DNA of 64,000 nucleotides from Glaciihabitans sp. Its GTDB lineage: Bacteria > Actinomycetota > Actinomycetes > Actinomycetales > Microbacteriaceae. Both the position numbers and the translations under genes were made by a program. Below the pieces are notes generated by a model. It was not told the DNA's origin and ran no database searches. It saw only the letters and a list, made by a program, of their open reading frames with translations. Positions 1 to 10,350 of the stretch are shown here, piece after piece; within the stretch, counting starts at the first letter, position 1, and each line of letters opens with the position of its first letter. Location: contig JAODMF010000003.1 of NCBI GenBank assembly GCA_025464095.1, positions 79-64,078 on the forward strand, in the 5' to 3' direction.

Positions 1-200
1 TCTGACTCGTGAATCGAGGCGAAGCCTCGAATGGATGATCCGTCGAACATCTGGCCGACCGAGAAGAACTCTTCGTCGACGGTCGATGCGGGAATGTTGA
101 AGTGCTGCTGAACACCGGGAAGATCGGTGAACCGAATATCAAGGAACTTTACATCGGTGTCCTTGATGAACTTGAGCACCTCGGAGGAATCTTTGAACAT
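1..200 (-). CDS. glnA: glutamine synthetase type I, N-terminal fragment (gene continues past window start)
   Basis: Reverse translation from ATG (198-200) gives MFKDSSEVLKFIKDTDVKFLDIRFTDLPGVQQHFNIPASTVDEEFFSVGQMFDGSSIRGFASIHESD, the conserved GS-I N-terminal domain. It is absent from the ORF track because it is truncated by the window edge. Confidence 0.9.
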   Translation of the reverse strand, partial: MFKDSSEVLKFIKDTDVKFLDIRFTDLPGVQQHFNIPASTVDEEFFSVGQMFDGSSIRGFASIHES

Positions 201-273
201 GTGGGACGACTCCAAATGAGCGGAACGAGGAACAGACAGCGAACGCCATCTGACTAGAGGGTACGGGCAAGGG

Positions 274-311
274 ATTTCGCCATGGTGACGCGATTGTTTC
301 CGCAATGTTAC
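274..311 (-). promoter_or_regulatory. GlnR-type operator (a1-b1-a2-b2 box) upstream of glnA
   Basis: The minus strand reads GTAAC-attgcg-GAAAC-aatcgc-GTCAC-catggc-GAAAT. This is an exact 5-6-5-6-5-6-5 match to the actinobacterial GlnR box gTnAc-n6-GaAAc-n6-GtnAC-n6-GAAAc. It lies 73 nt upstream of the glnA ATG. Confidence 0.7.
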
Positions 312-339
312 GGGCTCTGTCCGCCGGTAGAATTTTCGG

Positions 340-750
340 ATGCCCGCCGACGTCCCCGCATCCTCCGACTGGCCGGGTAAACGGCTCGGACTCCCGGAGA
401 GTGGGCCGCGCTCGATCGGGCGAATCGGGCGACGTCTCGTCGGCATCCTGATCGATTGGGGCATCGCCTACGCGATCGTGTTCCTGTTCCTGCGACCGGA
501 CCCGTTCGGGTTCAAAAACCTCGCCGTATTCGCGATCCTCGAACTGGTATTTCTGATCGTGCTCAACGGAAGCATTGGCCATCTGGTCGTTGGCCTGAGG
601 GTGGTCCCCATCGTGCCGGGGCTCCTGGGGTGGTGGCGCCCGCTTCTGCGGACGGTGCTGCTCAGCCTGTTCATTCCGGCCGTGATCTTCGACCGGGACA
701 ACCGCGGGCTGCACGACCGTTGGGCAGGAACCGTGCTTGTCCGGCGCTGA
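340..750 (+). CDS. RDD family membrane protein
   Basis: 136 aa with hydrophobic helices and the R..D..D signature (IFDRDNRGLHDRWAGTVLV). Position between glnA and the DUF4191 gene is as in other actinobacteria. Confidence 0.8.
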   Translation: MPADVPASSDWPGKRLGLPESGPRSIGRIGRRLVGILIDWGIAYAIVFLFLRPDPFGFKNLAVFAILELVFLIVLNGSIGHLVVGLRVVPIVPGLLGWWRPLLRTVLLSLFIPAVIFDRDNRGLHDRWAGTVLVRR

Positions 751-777
751 CCGGACTGTCCCCGAGCGCCCCTGCCG

Positions 778-1482
778 CTAGCCAGCGCGGCGCTGCGCGC
801 GGGCCTTCATGGGGTCGATGCCCTTCGGGATCGGCAGGCCGCCCTTGCCGAGCGAGTTGAGGCGGTTGCTGACCGCGAGGATCTCCTGCTTGCGCAGCAC
901 CGGCTTGATGCGACGCAGGCGCGCGGCGAGACGGTGCAGCGGCACCGCATCCGGGTCCGGGCCCACGTAAAGGAAGTTGACCGGCACGTTCGGCAGGATG
1001 CGCGTGACCGTGCGGCGCTCGTCCTCGAGCATCCTCTGCGTGCGCGACTTCGGACCCTCGCCAATGAGAACGACGCCGCCACGACCGACGGCGCGGTACA
1101 CCGCATCCTGCGTCTTCGGGCTGACGTTGACCGGCATCTCGCTGGCCTGCCAGCCTCGACGAAGCGAGTTCTTGAGCACCGCCCCGACGGCCCCCGGCTG
1201 CCCGGCGATCTGCGAGTACGCTGCCTTCTCCGCACGACGACCGAGAACGGTGAGCGTCAGAAGAACGCCGACCAGCACGCCGATGATGATGTAGAGCACG
1301 AACGGCAGGATGTCGTTGCGGGCGATGATGAAGGCGACGATGACCCCGACGACGATCGGGCCGAGCAGTGACAGAAGCAGGTAAAGCACGATCCGCGAGT
1401 CGTACCGGCGGGTCATCTTGAAGACGTCCCACATCTGACGGATGCGGCCGGGCTCTTTGTTGGGATCTTTCACGCGTGCCAT
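778..1482 (-). CDS. DUF4191-type membrane protein
   Basis: 234 aa. N-terminus MARVKDPNKEPGRIRQMWDVFKMTRR is followed by two TM helices and a soluble C-domain. It sits in the conserved position downstream of lipA (Rv2219-like, from memory). Confidence 0.8.
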   Translation of the reverse strand: MARVKDPNKEPGRIRQMWDVFKMTRRYDSRIVLYLLLSLLGPIVVGVIVAFIIARNDILPFVLYIIIGVLVGVLLTLTVLGRRAEKAAYSQIAGQPGAVGAVLKNSLRRGWQASEMPVNVSPKTQDAVYRAVGRGGVVLIGEGPKSRTQRMLEDERRTVTRILPNVPVNFLYVGPDPDAVPLHRLAARLRRIKPVLRKQEILAVSNRLNSLGKGGLPIPKGIDPMKARAQRRAG

Positions 1483-1487
1483 GGTGT

Positions 1488-2477
1488 CTAGGATACGGCT
1501 TGGGCGAACCCCAGGTTAGCGTCGGCGAGGTGGCTTAGGTGTTCCGGGATCACGTGTCCCTTTCGGGACATCGACTGCGCCCAGAGGCGCCCGGCGCGAT
1601 AGCTCGATCGAACGAGCGGTCCGGCGAGGACGCCGAGAAAGCCGATGGCCTCGGCCTCGTCCTTGATCTCGACGAACTCCTCCGGACGCACCCATCGGTC
1701 GACCGGAAGGTGCCGCGGGGTGGGACGCAGGTATTGCGTCACGGTGATGATGTCGGTACCGGCATCGTGCAGGTCCTGAAGCGCCTGGCGGATCTCGTCG
1801 CGGGTCTCACCCATGCCGAGAATGAGGTTGGACTTGGTGATGAGTCCGGCGTCCCGGGCGCGCGTGATGACACCGAGCGAGCGCTCATAGGTGAAGGCCG
1901 GTCGAATGCGCTTGAAGATTCGTGGCACCGTCTCGACATTGTGCGCGAAGACCTCGGGCCGTGAGTCGAAGACCACCTGCAACAATTCCGGATTGCCGGA
2001 GAAGTCGGTCGCGAGAATTTCGACCCCCGTTCCCGGATTTTGAGCGTGGATCTGGCGAACGGTCTCCGCGTGCAGCCACGCGCCCTCGTCCGGGAGGTCG
2101 TCGCGGGCGACGCCGGTGACGGTGGCGTAGCGGAGGTTCATCCGGGTGACCGATTCCGCGACGCGGCGGGGCTCATCCGTGTCGTAGTCGGCGGGCTTGC
2201 CGGTATCGATCTGGCAGAAGTCGCAGCGGCGGGTGCACTGCGATCCGCCGATGAGGAAAGTGGCCTCGCGGTCTTCCCAGCACTCGAATATGTTTGGGCA
2301 GCCGGCCTCCTGGCACACGGTGTGCAGTCCCTCGCCCTTGACGAGCTCCTGCAGCTGGCGGTACTCCGGGCCCATCTTCGCCTTGGTCTTAATCCACTCG
2401 GGCTTGCGTTCGATCGGCGTCTCGGCGTTGCGGACCTCGAGCCGAAGCAGCTTGCGTCCCTCGGGTGGGTGCGTCAT
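1488..2477 (-). CDS. lipA: lipoyl synthase
   Basis: Radical-SAM CxxxCxxC (CTRRCDFC) plus the N-terminal [12 protein letters not shown] cluster motif. Start is taken at MTHPPEGRK (ATG 2475-2477); the upstream part of the 596-aa track ORF is Arg-rich junk overlapping lipB. Confidence 0.95.
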   Translation of the reverse strand: MTHPPEGRKLLRLEVRNAETPIERKPEWIKTKAKMGPEYRQLQELVKGEGLHTVCQEAGCPNIFECWEDREATFLIGGSQCTRRCDFCQIDTGKPADYDTDEPRRVAESVTRMNLRYATVTGVARDDLPDEGAWLHAETVRQIHAQNPGTGVEILATDFSGNPELLQVVFDSRPEVFAHNVETVPRIFKRIRPAFTYERSLGVITRARDAGLITKSNLILGMGETRDEIRQALQDLHDAGTDIITVTQYLRPTPRHLPVDRWVRPEEFVEIKDEAEAIGFLGVLAGPLVRSSYRAGRLWAQSMSRKGHVIPEHLSHLADANLGFAQAVS

Positions 2478-3136
2478 TTGGTGTCCTCGCTTGTGGTGGT
2501 GCTTGCGGTGCTGGTGGCTGGCTCGAATGCCCGTGCCAGGTGTTCGGAGACCAGCGGTACGACGTCTTCGGGGGTGACCGTGCGACCGAGCTCGCGACTG
2601 ATGCTGGTGACGCCGGCATCCGCAATGCCGCAGGCGACAATGGTTTCGTACGCCTCGAACGAGTTCGAGCAGTTGAGCGCGAAGCCGTGCATCGTGACGC
2701 CGCTGGCGACGCGGATGCCGATGGCCGCGATCTTGTCCTGCCCGCGGAGCCAGACGCCCGACCTTCCCTCGACCCGCTGCCCGTCGACGCCGAGTTCGTT
2801 CAGCACATCGATCAGCACGCCCTCGAGGCGACGGACGTAGCCGACCACGTCGATGGGGTCGGGCAGGCGCAGGATCGGATACCCGACCAGCTGCCCGGGC
2901 CCGTGCCAGGTGATTTTTCCGCCGCGATCCACGTCGATGACGGGCGTGCCGTCGGATGGTCGCTCGTAGCTCTCCGTGCGTTTGCCTGCGGTGTAGACCG
3001 AGGGGTGCTCGAGGAGAAGAACGGTGTCTGGCGCCCGCCCGTCGACCACGGCGGAGTGAGTTTCCCGCTGCAGCTGCAGAGCGTCGAGATACGGCACGGA
3101 GTTGGCGCTTAGCCCCGTGACGACAATGTCGACCAC
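2474..3136 (-). CDS. lipB: lipoyl(octanoyl) transferase
   Basis: 220 aa with [29 protein letters not shown] and AAIGIRV motifs. It has a 4-nt ATGA overlap with lipA. Confidence 0.93.
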   Translation of the reverse strand: MVDIVVTGLSANSVPYLDALQLQRETHSAVVDGRAPDTVLLLEHPSVYTAGKRTESYERPSDGTPVIDVDRGGKITWHGPGQLVGYPILRLPDPIDVVGYVRRLEGVLIDVLNELGVDGQRVEGRSGVWLRGQDKIAAIGIRVASGVTMHGFALNCSNSFEAYETIVACGIADAGVTSISRELGRTVTPEDVVPLVSEHLARAFEPATSTASTTTSEDTK

Positions 3137-3232
3137 CCGTCGATTCTACGTTCGTTTTTCTCCTCCCCAATCCATTGCGCCCGTCACTTTGCCACACCCG
3201 CCAACACTCGCCGGTCGGCGGATGTCGCGCCA

Positions 3233-4627
3233 GTGCACGCTGCTCCGGTGACGGTTTCCGATTTCTCTGGCGGTTCACTCGCCGGCTACCGCGTCGTGCG
3301 TCGGCTGGGTTCGGGCTCCCGCGCCGACGTTTTTCTCGGCGTCGCCGCGGGGGAGCGGATCGCGGCTCTCAAGGTGTTTTCGCCGCAGGCAGACCGGCAG
3401 TCGATTGATACCGAGCTGGAGGCGCTCGGTCGGGCGAACCTGCCGCACTGCGTTCGAATGCTCGATGTTTCATCGGGTACAGGTTCGACACCGGTTCTCG
3501 TGCTCGAACGGTTACGCCGGGGGAGCCTCGCCGACCTGCTCCGCTCCCGGGAGGTGATCGAACCTGGCGAGCTAGTGACGATTCTCGCGCCGATAGCGGC
3601 CACAATGGATGCCCTGCACGCGCTCGGTGTCGCCCACGGAACTCTCGGCGTGGGGTCCATTCTCTTTGGGGAGGCGGGTCAACCCGTTCTGATTGGATTC
3701 GGAAGGGCGGGCCTGATTCGGCCAGCGCAGCCGCCCGCGGCGCTCGACATCGATCCGGTTGCTGCAGAGGACCGCCGCAGGCTCGCCTCCCTCGCCGGTG
3801 CCGTTCTCGCGCGGGTGAACCCGGATGCTGGCGCCCCGGCCGAACAAATAGCCCGCTGGTTGCGCACCTGCGATCCCGGCGCCCATGCGGAGTTCGGAGC
3901 CGAGCTGGTCGACCGCCTGTTCGGGTTCGCTGCGGCCACGCCGGTCGCCCTCGGACGCGTCGACGGTGTCATGTCCGAGCTTCCCGCTCGAGTCATCGCA
4001 CCGGGCGCCGCGGTGGTCGGCATCGAGGATGCCGCTCCCGCCACCGCCGCGCGCTCCGGTCTTGCGGCAGCAGCATCCGGCCTCGTCGATGACCTGATGG
4101 GCCAGCAGCCAATGACCGCGGTGCGCAGGCGCGCGGCGACATCGATACGCGCGGTGCGCACGCGGCTGTGGGTCGTTCTCGGCGCCGTGGCGGTCGCACT
4201 GACCGCGGCGCTCCTGTTCGTGCCGCAGTCACCAGCGCCGGCCGCGCGAACCGCGCCTGCACCCCCCACCCGGTCGGTGTCGACCCCGGCCCCTGTCGCG
4301 AGCGGGCTGCCAGCCGATCCCGTGCTCGCCCTGCCCGTGCTGATGGAAACGCGCACGGGCTGCATTCGCGACCTGTCGATCCTGTGCCTCGATGCGGTCG
4401 ACCAGCAGGGCGCATCGGCCATGGCCGGCGACACCGCGCTCATTCGGCGGATCCAGGCGGGCCAGGAAACCGGTGCCGCGGCCGTTCAGGATGGATCGAA
4501 CGCGAAGCTGGTGGAGCGACTCGGCGACTCGGCGCTCGTCAGCTTTGGAACTAAAAGCAAACCGGCCTCGGCCCTGTTGATCAGGGACGAGGCCGGTTGG
4601 CGGATTCGAGCGTTTGTCGGCGGCTAG
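3233..4627 (+). CDS. membrane-anchored protein kinase-like protein, predicted pseudokinase, with an extracytoplasmic C-terminal domain
   Basis: Kinase subdomains I-III are recognisable ([10 protein letters not shown]; AALKVF; ELEALG). The catalytic loop reads [17 protein letters not shown] (no HRD Asp or Asn) and DFG is replaced by GFG. A P/A-rich linker follows, then a TM helix ([19 protein letters not shown]) and a C-terminal domain of about 130 aa with 2 Cys. The exact start is uncertain. Confidence 0.65.
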   Translation: MHAAPVTVSDFSGGSLAGYRVVRRLGSGSRADVFLGVAAGERIAALKVFSPQADRQSIDTELEALGRANLPHCVRMLDVSSGTGSTPVLVLERLRRGSLADLLRSREVIEPGELVTILAPIAATMDALHALGVAHGTLGVGSILFGEAGQPVLIGFGRAGLIRPAQPPAALDIDPVAAEDRRRLASLAGAVLARVNPDAGAPAEQIARWLRTCDPGAHAEFGAELVDRLFGFAAATPVALGRVDGVMSELPARVIAPGAAVVGIEDAAPATAARSGLAAAASGLVDDLMGQQPMTAVRRRAATSIRAVRTRLWVVLGAVAVALTAALLFVPQSPAPAARTAPAPPTRSVSTPAPVASGLPADPVLALPVLMETRTGCIRDLSILCLDAVDQQGASAMAGDTALIRRIQAGQETGAAAVQDGSNAKLVERLGDSALVSFGTKSKPASALLIRDEAGWRIRAFVGG

Positions 4628-4636
4628 CGCTGGTTG

Positions 4637-6247
4637 CTAGATGCCGAGATTGCCTGTGAAGTCGCCGCCTTCGAGGCGCTTCTTGACGGTGACCAGGAAG
4701 CGCGCGGCATCCGCACCATCGACGATTCGGTGGTCGTACGAGAGCGCGAGGTAGACCGTGGAACGAATCGCGATGGCATCGAGCCCGTTGTCAGTCACGA
4801 CGACCGGCTTCTTCGCCACGATGCCGGTGCCGAGGATGGCGACCTGCGGCAGGAACACGATCGGCGTGTCAAACAGCGCGCCCCGCGACCCGGTATTCGT
4901 CAGCGTGAATGTTCCACCGGCGAGCTCGTCGGGCTTCAGCTTGTTGTTGCGGGTGCGGTCGGCAAGGTCGGCGATCTGGGCCGCGAAGCCCGCGATGTCG
5001 AGCTCGCTCGCGTTGCGGATCACCGGCGTGAGCAGGCCACGCTCGGTGTCGACCGCGATGCTGATGTTCTCGTGGTCCGGGTAGACGATCGAGTCGCCCT
5101 CGATGGTGGCGTTGATGATCGGGTACGCGCGAAGTGCCTCGGCAGCGGCGAGGGCGAAGAAGGGCAGGAATGAGAGTTTCTGTCCGGTCTTCTCGAGGAA
5201 CTCTGCCTTGACCCGGTCGCGCAGGGCGGCGACGAGCGTGACATCCACCTCGACGACGGAGGTGAGCTGGGCGGACGTCTGCATCGAGACGACGGCGCGC
5301 TCGGCTACCACCTTGCGCAGGCGTGACATCGGAACCGTGGTTCCGCGCAACGGCGAAACCTCTGCGCTGGCCGCGGCGGAAGGCGCTTCCGTTGCGGCCG
5401 GAGCCTCGGCGGCAGGAGCGGGCGTGGCGGCGGCGAGTACATCCTGCTTGCGGATGCGTCCGCCGACACCGGTTCCGGTGACGGATGCCAGGTCGATGCC
5501 GTTGTCGTTGGCAAGCTTGCGAACCAGCGGAGTCACGTATCCGGCGTTGGATGCCGCACTGGCGGTCGGGACCGAAGCGGGAGCCGCATCCGTTGCGGGC
5601 ACGGCACCCGGAGCGGTGGGCTCCGCGGCCGGCGCCTCGGCAGGTGCCGGAGCGGACACCGGTGCGGGAGGCTGTTCGGCGACGGGCGGCTGCTGGGGCG
5701 CGGGGGCCTCCGCGGCAGGCGGCGGGTCGACGGGGGCGGGCGTCGGAGCGGGGGGTGCGAACGGCGAGGCGACCTCAGGCTCGGGGGCCTCGGTCGACGG
5801 CACTTCGGCGACCGGCGCCTCCGGGGTCTCGTTGGCGGGAGTCGCGGCCGGCTCTGCGGGAGCTTGGGCGGGCGCGGCTTCTGCCGGTTCGGGCTCCGCC
5901 GCTGCCGCCTGGGCGGGTGCTGTTGCTGCCGGTGCGGCATCTGCGGGTGCAGCCTCTGCCTGGGGTGCCGCAGCCTCGGGTGCTGCGGGTGCAGCCTCTG
6001 CTCCACCGGATCCGTCACCGATGGTGACGAGCGGGGTGCCCACCTCGACCGTTTCGTCTTCGGCGACGAGGATGGCCTCGATGATGCCGGCGATCGGCGA
6101 TGGAATTTCGGTGTCGACCTTGTCGGTCGACACTTCTACCAGCGGCTCGTCGACCTCAACACGGTCTCCCACGTTTTTCAACCAGCGGGTGACCGTGCCC
6201 TCTGTGACACTCTCGCCGAGTGCCGGGAGGTTGACGGATTCGCTCAT
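4637..6247 (-). CDS. sucB: dihydrolipoamide acyl(succinyl)transferase E2 component
   Basis: One lipoyl domain ([15 protein letters not shown]), a Pro/Ala linker of about 160 aa, a PSBD ([33 protein letters not shown]) and a catalytic domain with the [10 protein letters not shown] motif. Confidence 0.93.
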   Translation of the reverse strand: MSESVNLPALGESVTEGTVTRWLKNVGDRVEVDEPLVEVSTDKVDTEIPSPIAGIIEAILVAEDETVEVGTPLVTIGDGSGGAEAAPAAPEAAAPQAEAAPADAAPAATAPAQAAAAEPEPAEAAPAQAPAEPAATPANETPEAPVAEVPSTEAPEPEVASPFAPPAPTPAPVDPPPAAEAPAPQQPPVAEQPPAPVSAPAPAEAPAAEPTAPGAVPATDAAPASVPTASAASNAGYVTPLVRKLANDNGIDLASVTGTGVGGRIRKQDVLAAATPAPAAEAPAATEAPSAAASAEVSPLRGTTVPMSRLRKVVAERAVVSMQTSAQLTSVVEVDVTLVAALRDRVKAEFLEKTGQKLSFLPFFALAAAEALRAYPIINATIEGDSIVYPDHENISIAVDTERGLLTPVIRNASELDIAGFAAQIADLADRTRNNKLKPDELAGGTFTLTNTGSRGALFDTPIVFLPQVAILGTGIVAKKPVVVTDNGLDAIAIRSTVYLALSYDHRIVDGADAARFLVTVKKRLEGGDFTGNLGI

Positions 6248-6309
6248 CAGTGATGCTCCTTATTAACGGATGTTGCTCGTTTAGCTTAGTTCGGGGTACT
6301 GCCGCGAGA

Positions 6310-7683
6310 TCAGATCGCGTGCAGCGGTTTGCCTGCCAATGCGAGGAATGCCTCGCCGAGGGCCTCGTTCTGGGTCGGGTGAGCGTGAATCAGAGGTGCG
6401 ATGTCCTCCGGGTACGCCTCCCAGTTCACCGCGAGCTGCGCCTCGCCGATCAGTTCGCCGACGCGCGCGCCGATCATGTGCACTCCCACAATCGGGCCTT
6501 CGTTGACGCGAACCACCTTGATCGAGCCCGCGGTTCCGATGATGTGGCTCTTACCGTTTCCGGCCAGGTTGTAGTCGTAGCTGGAGATCTTGTCGGCGCC
6601 GTACTTCTCTGCCGCCTTCGCCTCGGTGAGGCCAACGGATGCGACCTCCGGGTCGCTGTAGGTGACCTTCGGGATGTTGACGTCTTCGATGATGATCGGG
6701 TTCAGTCCGGCGAGCTCCTCCGCGACAAAGATGCCCTGCTGGAATCCGCGGTGCGCGAGCTGGAGCCCGGGCACGATGTCGCCGACGGCGTACAGCCCGG
6801 GGATGCTCGTCTCGAGGCGCTCGTTGGTGATCACGAAACCCCGGTCCATGGTGACGCCGACCTCTTCGAAGCCGAGGTTCGCCGTCGAAGGTCCACGCCC
6901 AACGGCGACGAGAAGCAGCTCACCGTCGAAGGTCTGGCCGTCTTCGAGGGTGACGACGACTCCGTCGTCATTCTGGGTGACGCTCGAGAAGCGCACGCCC
7001 ACCGAGAAGTTGATGCCGCGCTTGCGGAAGGCGCGCTCGAACTGCTTGCTGACCGACTCATCCTCGTTCGGCACCAGGTGGGGCAGTGCCTCGATGATCT
7101 GCACGTCGGCGCCCCAGCTCTTCCAGACGCTGGAGAACTCGACACCGATCACGCCGCCGCCGAGCACGATCACCTTCTTAGGAACGAAGTCGAGCTGCAG
7201 CGCCTGCTCGGAGGTGATGACGCGGCCGCTGATCTCGAGGCCGGGCAGCGAGCGCGAGTAGGAACCGGTTGCGAGGATGACGTTCTTGCCGGTGACAGTG
7301 ATGTCGCCGACCTGGACGGTCGTCGGCGACGTCAGCTTGCCTTCACCCTCGATGGTGGTGATGCCGCGTGCCTTGATGAGTCCCTGCAGGCCCTTGTACT
7401 TCGACGAGACGATGCCTTCGCGGTACGCGGTGACACCGGCGATGTCGATGCCGCCGAAAGTGGTGGTCACGCCGAACTTGGCGGATTCGCGGGCGTAGTC
7501 GGCGACCTCGGCGGAGTGCAGGAGCGCCTTCGTCGGGATGCAGCCCACGTGGAGGCAGGTGCCGCCAACCTTGCTCTTCTCGATCAGACCGACGGTCATT
7601 CCGAGTTCACTCGCGCGAAGGGCGGCTGCGTAGCCACCGCTTCCGGCGCCCAGTACGACAAGGTCAAAATTCTGTTCCGACAC
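6310..7683 (-). CDS. lpdA: dihydrolipoyl dehydrogenase
   Basis: GAGSGGY FAD fold, redox-active GGTCLHVGCIPTK and a C-terminal HAHPT motif; 457 aa. Confidence 0.95.
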   Translation of the reverse strand: MSEQNFDLVVLGAGSGGYAAALRASELGMTVGLIEKSKVGGTCLHVGCIPTKALLHSAEVADYARESAKFGVTTTFGGIDIAGVTAYREGIVSSKYKGLQGLIKARGITTIEGEGKLTSPTTVQVGDITVTGKNVILATGSYSRSLPGLEISGRVITSEQALQLDFVPKKVIVLGGGVIGVEFSSVWKSWGADVQIIEALPHLVPNEDESVSKQFERAFRKRGINFSVGVRFSSVTQNDDGVVVTLEDGQTFDGELLLVAVGRGPSTANLGFEEVGVTMDRGFVITNERLETSIPGLYAVGDIVPGLQLAHRGFQQGIFVAEELAGLNPIIIEDVNIPKVTYSDPEVASVGLTEAKAAEKYGADKISSYDYNLAGNGKSHIIGTAGSIKVVRVNEGPIVGVHMIGARVGELIGEAQLAVNWEAYPEDIAPLIHAHPTQNEALGEAFLALAGKPLHAI

Positions 7684-7779
7684 CCAGCAACTCCCTTGAT
7701 GTAAGGATTGTGTTCCGACACGCTGGCGGGATCTGCGGGCGGCCGGACGGGCACGACTTCGCGCGCCTTAAAAACCTTA

Positions 7780-9270
7780 CTACGGCAGGGAAATTTCCTC
7801 TGCCAGAGCCAGCAGTGCCCGCACGGTCACGCCGGTGGGTCCTTTGCCGGTGAATCCCCATCCGCCGCCGCGGTTCTCCGCCGGTCCGGCGATGTCGATG
7901 TGCGCCCAGGGGATGCGGTGCTTCTGGTCGCCCTCGCCTGTCATGCCGACGAACTCGCGCAGGAATACCCCCGCCACGAGCATGCCCGCGGCGGTGTTGC
8001 CCGGCTTGACGTTGGCGATATCGGCGACGTCGGAGTTGAGCAGTGCGCGTAATTCCCCGGACAGCGGCATCGGCCAGAATGATTCCCCGACCGATTTGGC
8101 GGATGCGACGACCCGGTCGACCAGTTCGTCGTCGCCCATCACCGCCGAGTATCGATCACCGAGGGCAACGCGCTGTGCGCCGGTGAGAGTCGCGACGTCG
8201 ATGATGACGTCCGGGTTCTCCTCGCTCGCCGCGACCAGCCCGTCAGCGAGAACGACGCGACCTTCCGCATCCGTGTTGAGCACCTCGACGGTCTTACCGC
8301 CGCGAATCCGCAGCACGTCGTTCGGCCGAATCGCACTGCCGGACGGCATGTTCTCCGCGATGCACAGCCAGGCGGTGATGCGAACGGGCAGGGCGAGACG
8401 AGCGGCGGCCAGGGTGACCGCCAGAACCGTCGCCGCCCCGGTCATGTCGTACTTCATGCCCACCATGGCGACCGGCGGTTTCAGCGAAAGTCCGCCGGAG
8501 TCGAAGGTGATGCCCTTGCCCACCAGCGCGAGGTGGCGGGATGCTCCAGCAGGGGAGTAGCTGACCTTGACGAGGCGTGGGCCCCGAACCGATCCCAGGC
8601 CGACGCCAAGGATGCCGCCAAAGCCGCCAGCCTCGAGCTCCGCTTCGCGCAGGATCTCGAATTCAACGGGAAGTCCCGCCCCGAGCGCAACCGATCGGGT
8701 CGCGAGCGTTTCCGGGTAGAGGTCGGAGGACGGTGCGTTGACCAGGTCGCGTACCGAGTGCACGGCGGTCGCGATCGCCGTGGCCCGTTCCACCAGTCCC
8801 GTGGCATCCACGTTCGAGCGCACGATGATCGCAGCGGCGGGCAGTTTGGTCGATTCGAGGCTGCTCACCCGGAACGCTGTGTACGCGTAGGCGCCGAGTG
8901 CGGCTCCCTCGAGAACGGCGAACAGGTCATCCGTGGTTCGCGTTGGCAGCTCGAAGGCGATCGATGCGACCCCGCGCAGCTGGCGGGATGCCGAACCAGC
9001 GGCGTAGCGCAGGTCGTCGGCCGTGGTGCCGGCGCCGAGGCCGACGAGCGCCACGCTGCCCGCGCCAGGGACCGCAATCGGCACCCGCACCACCTCATCC
9101 TGTGCACCGGTCACGCCGATGCTCGCGAGCGATGCGCCGAGATCCGCGAACCGTTCATCGTCGCTGAGGAGGGTCGGCCCGCCATCCGTTTTCTGCACCC
9201 CGAGAACGAGTACGTCGACGGCGGAGCTAGTGGATGAACGATCAGAAACGGTGAGGGAGGGGACGGCCAT
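7780..9270 (-). CDS. pepA: leucyl aminopeptidase (M17 family)
   Basis: M17 signature NTDAEGRVVLADG and VGKGITFDSGG; 496 aa. Confidence 0.92.
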   Translation of the reverse strand: MAVPSLTVSDRSSTSSAVDVLVLGVQKTDGGPTLLSDDERFADLGASLASIGVTGAQDEVVRVPIAVPGAGSVALVGLGAGTTADDLRYAAGSASRQLRGVASIAFELPTRTTDDLFAVLEGAALGAYAYTAFRVSSLESTKLPAAAIIVRSNVDATGLVERATAIATAVHSVRDLVNAPSSDLYPETLATRSVALGAGLPVEFEILREAELEAGGFGGILGVGLGSVRGPRLVKVSYSPAGASRHLALVGKGITFDSGGLSLKPPVAMVGMKYDMTGAATVLAVTLAAARLALPVRITAWLCIAENMPSGSAIRPNDVLRIRGGKTVEVLNTDAEGRVVLADGLVAASEENPDVIIDVATLTGAQRVALGDRYSAVMGDDELVDRVVASAKSVGESFWPMPLSGELRALLNSDVADIANVKPGNTAAGMLVAGVFLREFVGMTGEGDQKHRIPWAHIDIAGPAENRGGGWGFTGKGPTGVTVRALLALAEEISLP

Positions 9271-9372
9271 CCGGCCATGTTAGCTACCGGCGCTTGGCGT
9301 GTTCGCTCAGGGCATGTTCGCCGGACCCCGGTCTGCCGGGTCCGGACCGATCCCCCCGATTACAGTTGAAGC

Positions 9373-10293
9373 ATGCGCGATCCGGCTGGCCTCTACGACC
9401 TCACGACTGATGTCACCGAGGTGCCCTCCGGTCTGCCGCTCGTCGCCGGTCTCACGGGATTCGCGGATGCCGGCTCCGCCGTGTCGCAGTTCAGCGAGTA
9501 CATCCTGAACACGCTCGACCACCGCACGCTCGTCGAGTTCGACAACGACGCGCTGCTCGACTACCGCGCTCGCCGACCCACGATTTTCTTCGACGAGGAC
9601 CACCTCGAGAACTACGAGCCCGCAAAGCTCAAGCTCTACCGCGTCAACGACGAGCTCGGGCAGCCGTTCCTGTTTCTTACCGGCTATGAGCCCGACTTCC
9701 AGTGGGAGCGGTTCACCGCGGCCGTGCTGCAACTGATCGACAAGTACCAGGTTCGGTCGACGACGTGGGTTCACGCCATCCCCATGCCCGTTCCGCACAC
9801 CCGCCCGATCGGCGTTACCGTCAGCGGCAACCGCGCCGAGTTGATCGAGACGATGTCGATCTGGAAGCCTCGCACGCAGGCTCCGGCGAACGCCCTGCAT
9901 CTGGTCGAGTACCGACTGCAGGAGCTGGGGCATCCCATCGCCGGATTCGTACTGCTGATTCCGCACTACCTGGCTGACACCGAATTTCCGGATGCCGCGG
10001 TCACTGCACTCGAAAGCGTCAGCGCCGCCACCGGCCTCATCTTTCCGACCGACATGCTGCGCGAACAGGGTCGCGACTTCCTGTCCAAGATCGACAGCCA
10101 GGTCGAGGGCAACCCCGAACTCGCACGGCTCGTCGGAACGCTCGAGGAGCGTCACGACAGCTACATGGAAGACAACCCCATGCGGTCCCCGCTGACGGAT
10201 GAGGACGGCGAGCTTCCTACGGCAGACGCCATCGCCGCGGAGCTGGAGAACTTCCTCGCCATCCGCCGGGACGACGACAACCCCACCATTTAG
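9373..10293 (+). CDS. PAC2 (proteasome assembly chaperone-like) family protein
   Basis: 306 aa with LVAGLTGFADAG... and GYEPDFQWERF motifs typical of actinobacterial PAC2-family proteins. Confidence 0.8.
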   Translation: MRDPAGLYDLTTDVTEVPSGLPLVAGLTGFADAGSAVSQFSEYILNTLDHRTLVEFDNDALLDYRARRPTIFFDEDHLENYEPAKLKLYRVNDELGQPFLFLTGYEPDFQWERFTAAVLQLIDKYQVRSTTWVHAIPMPVPHTRPIGVTVSGNRAELIETMSIWKPRTQAPANALHLVEYRLQELGHPIAGFVLLIPHYLADTEFPDAAVTALESVSAATGLIFPTDMLREQGRDFLSKIDSQVEGNPELARLVGTLEERHDSYMEDNPMRSPLTDEDGELPTADAIAAELENFLAIRRDDDNPTI

Positions 10294-10350
10294 CTCGGCA
10301 GGCCGGCGCGCGCGGGGCGGTGTCGTCGGCCATTCAGTAATTACAATTCA

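Noticed and set aside
2478-3278. N-terminal 267-aa extension of the lipA ORF (track ORF 1488..3278)
   Set aside because: The extension is extremely Arg/His-rich and overlaps lipB, which is clearly coding in another frame. The conserved LipA N-terminus begins at MTHPPEGRK.
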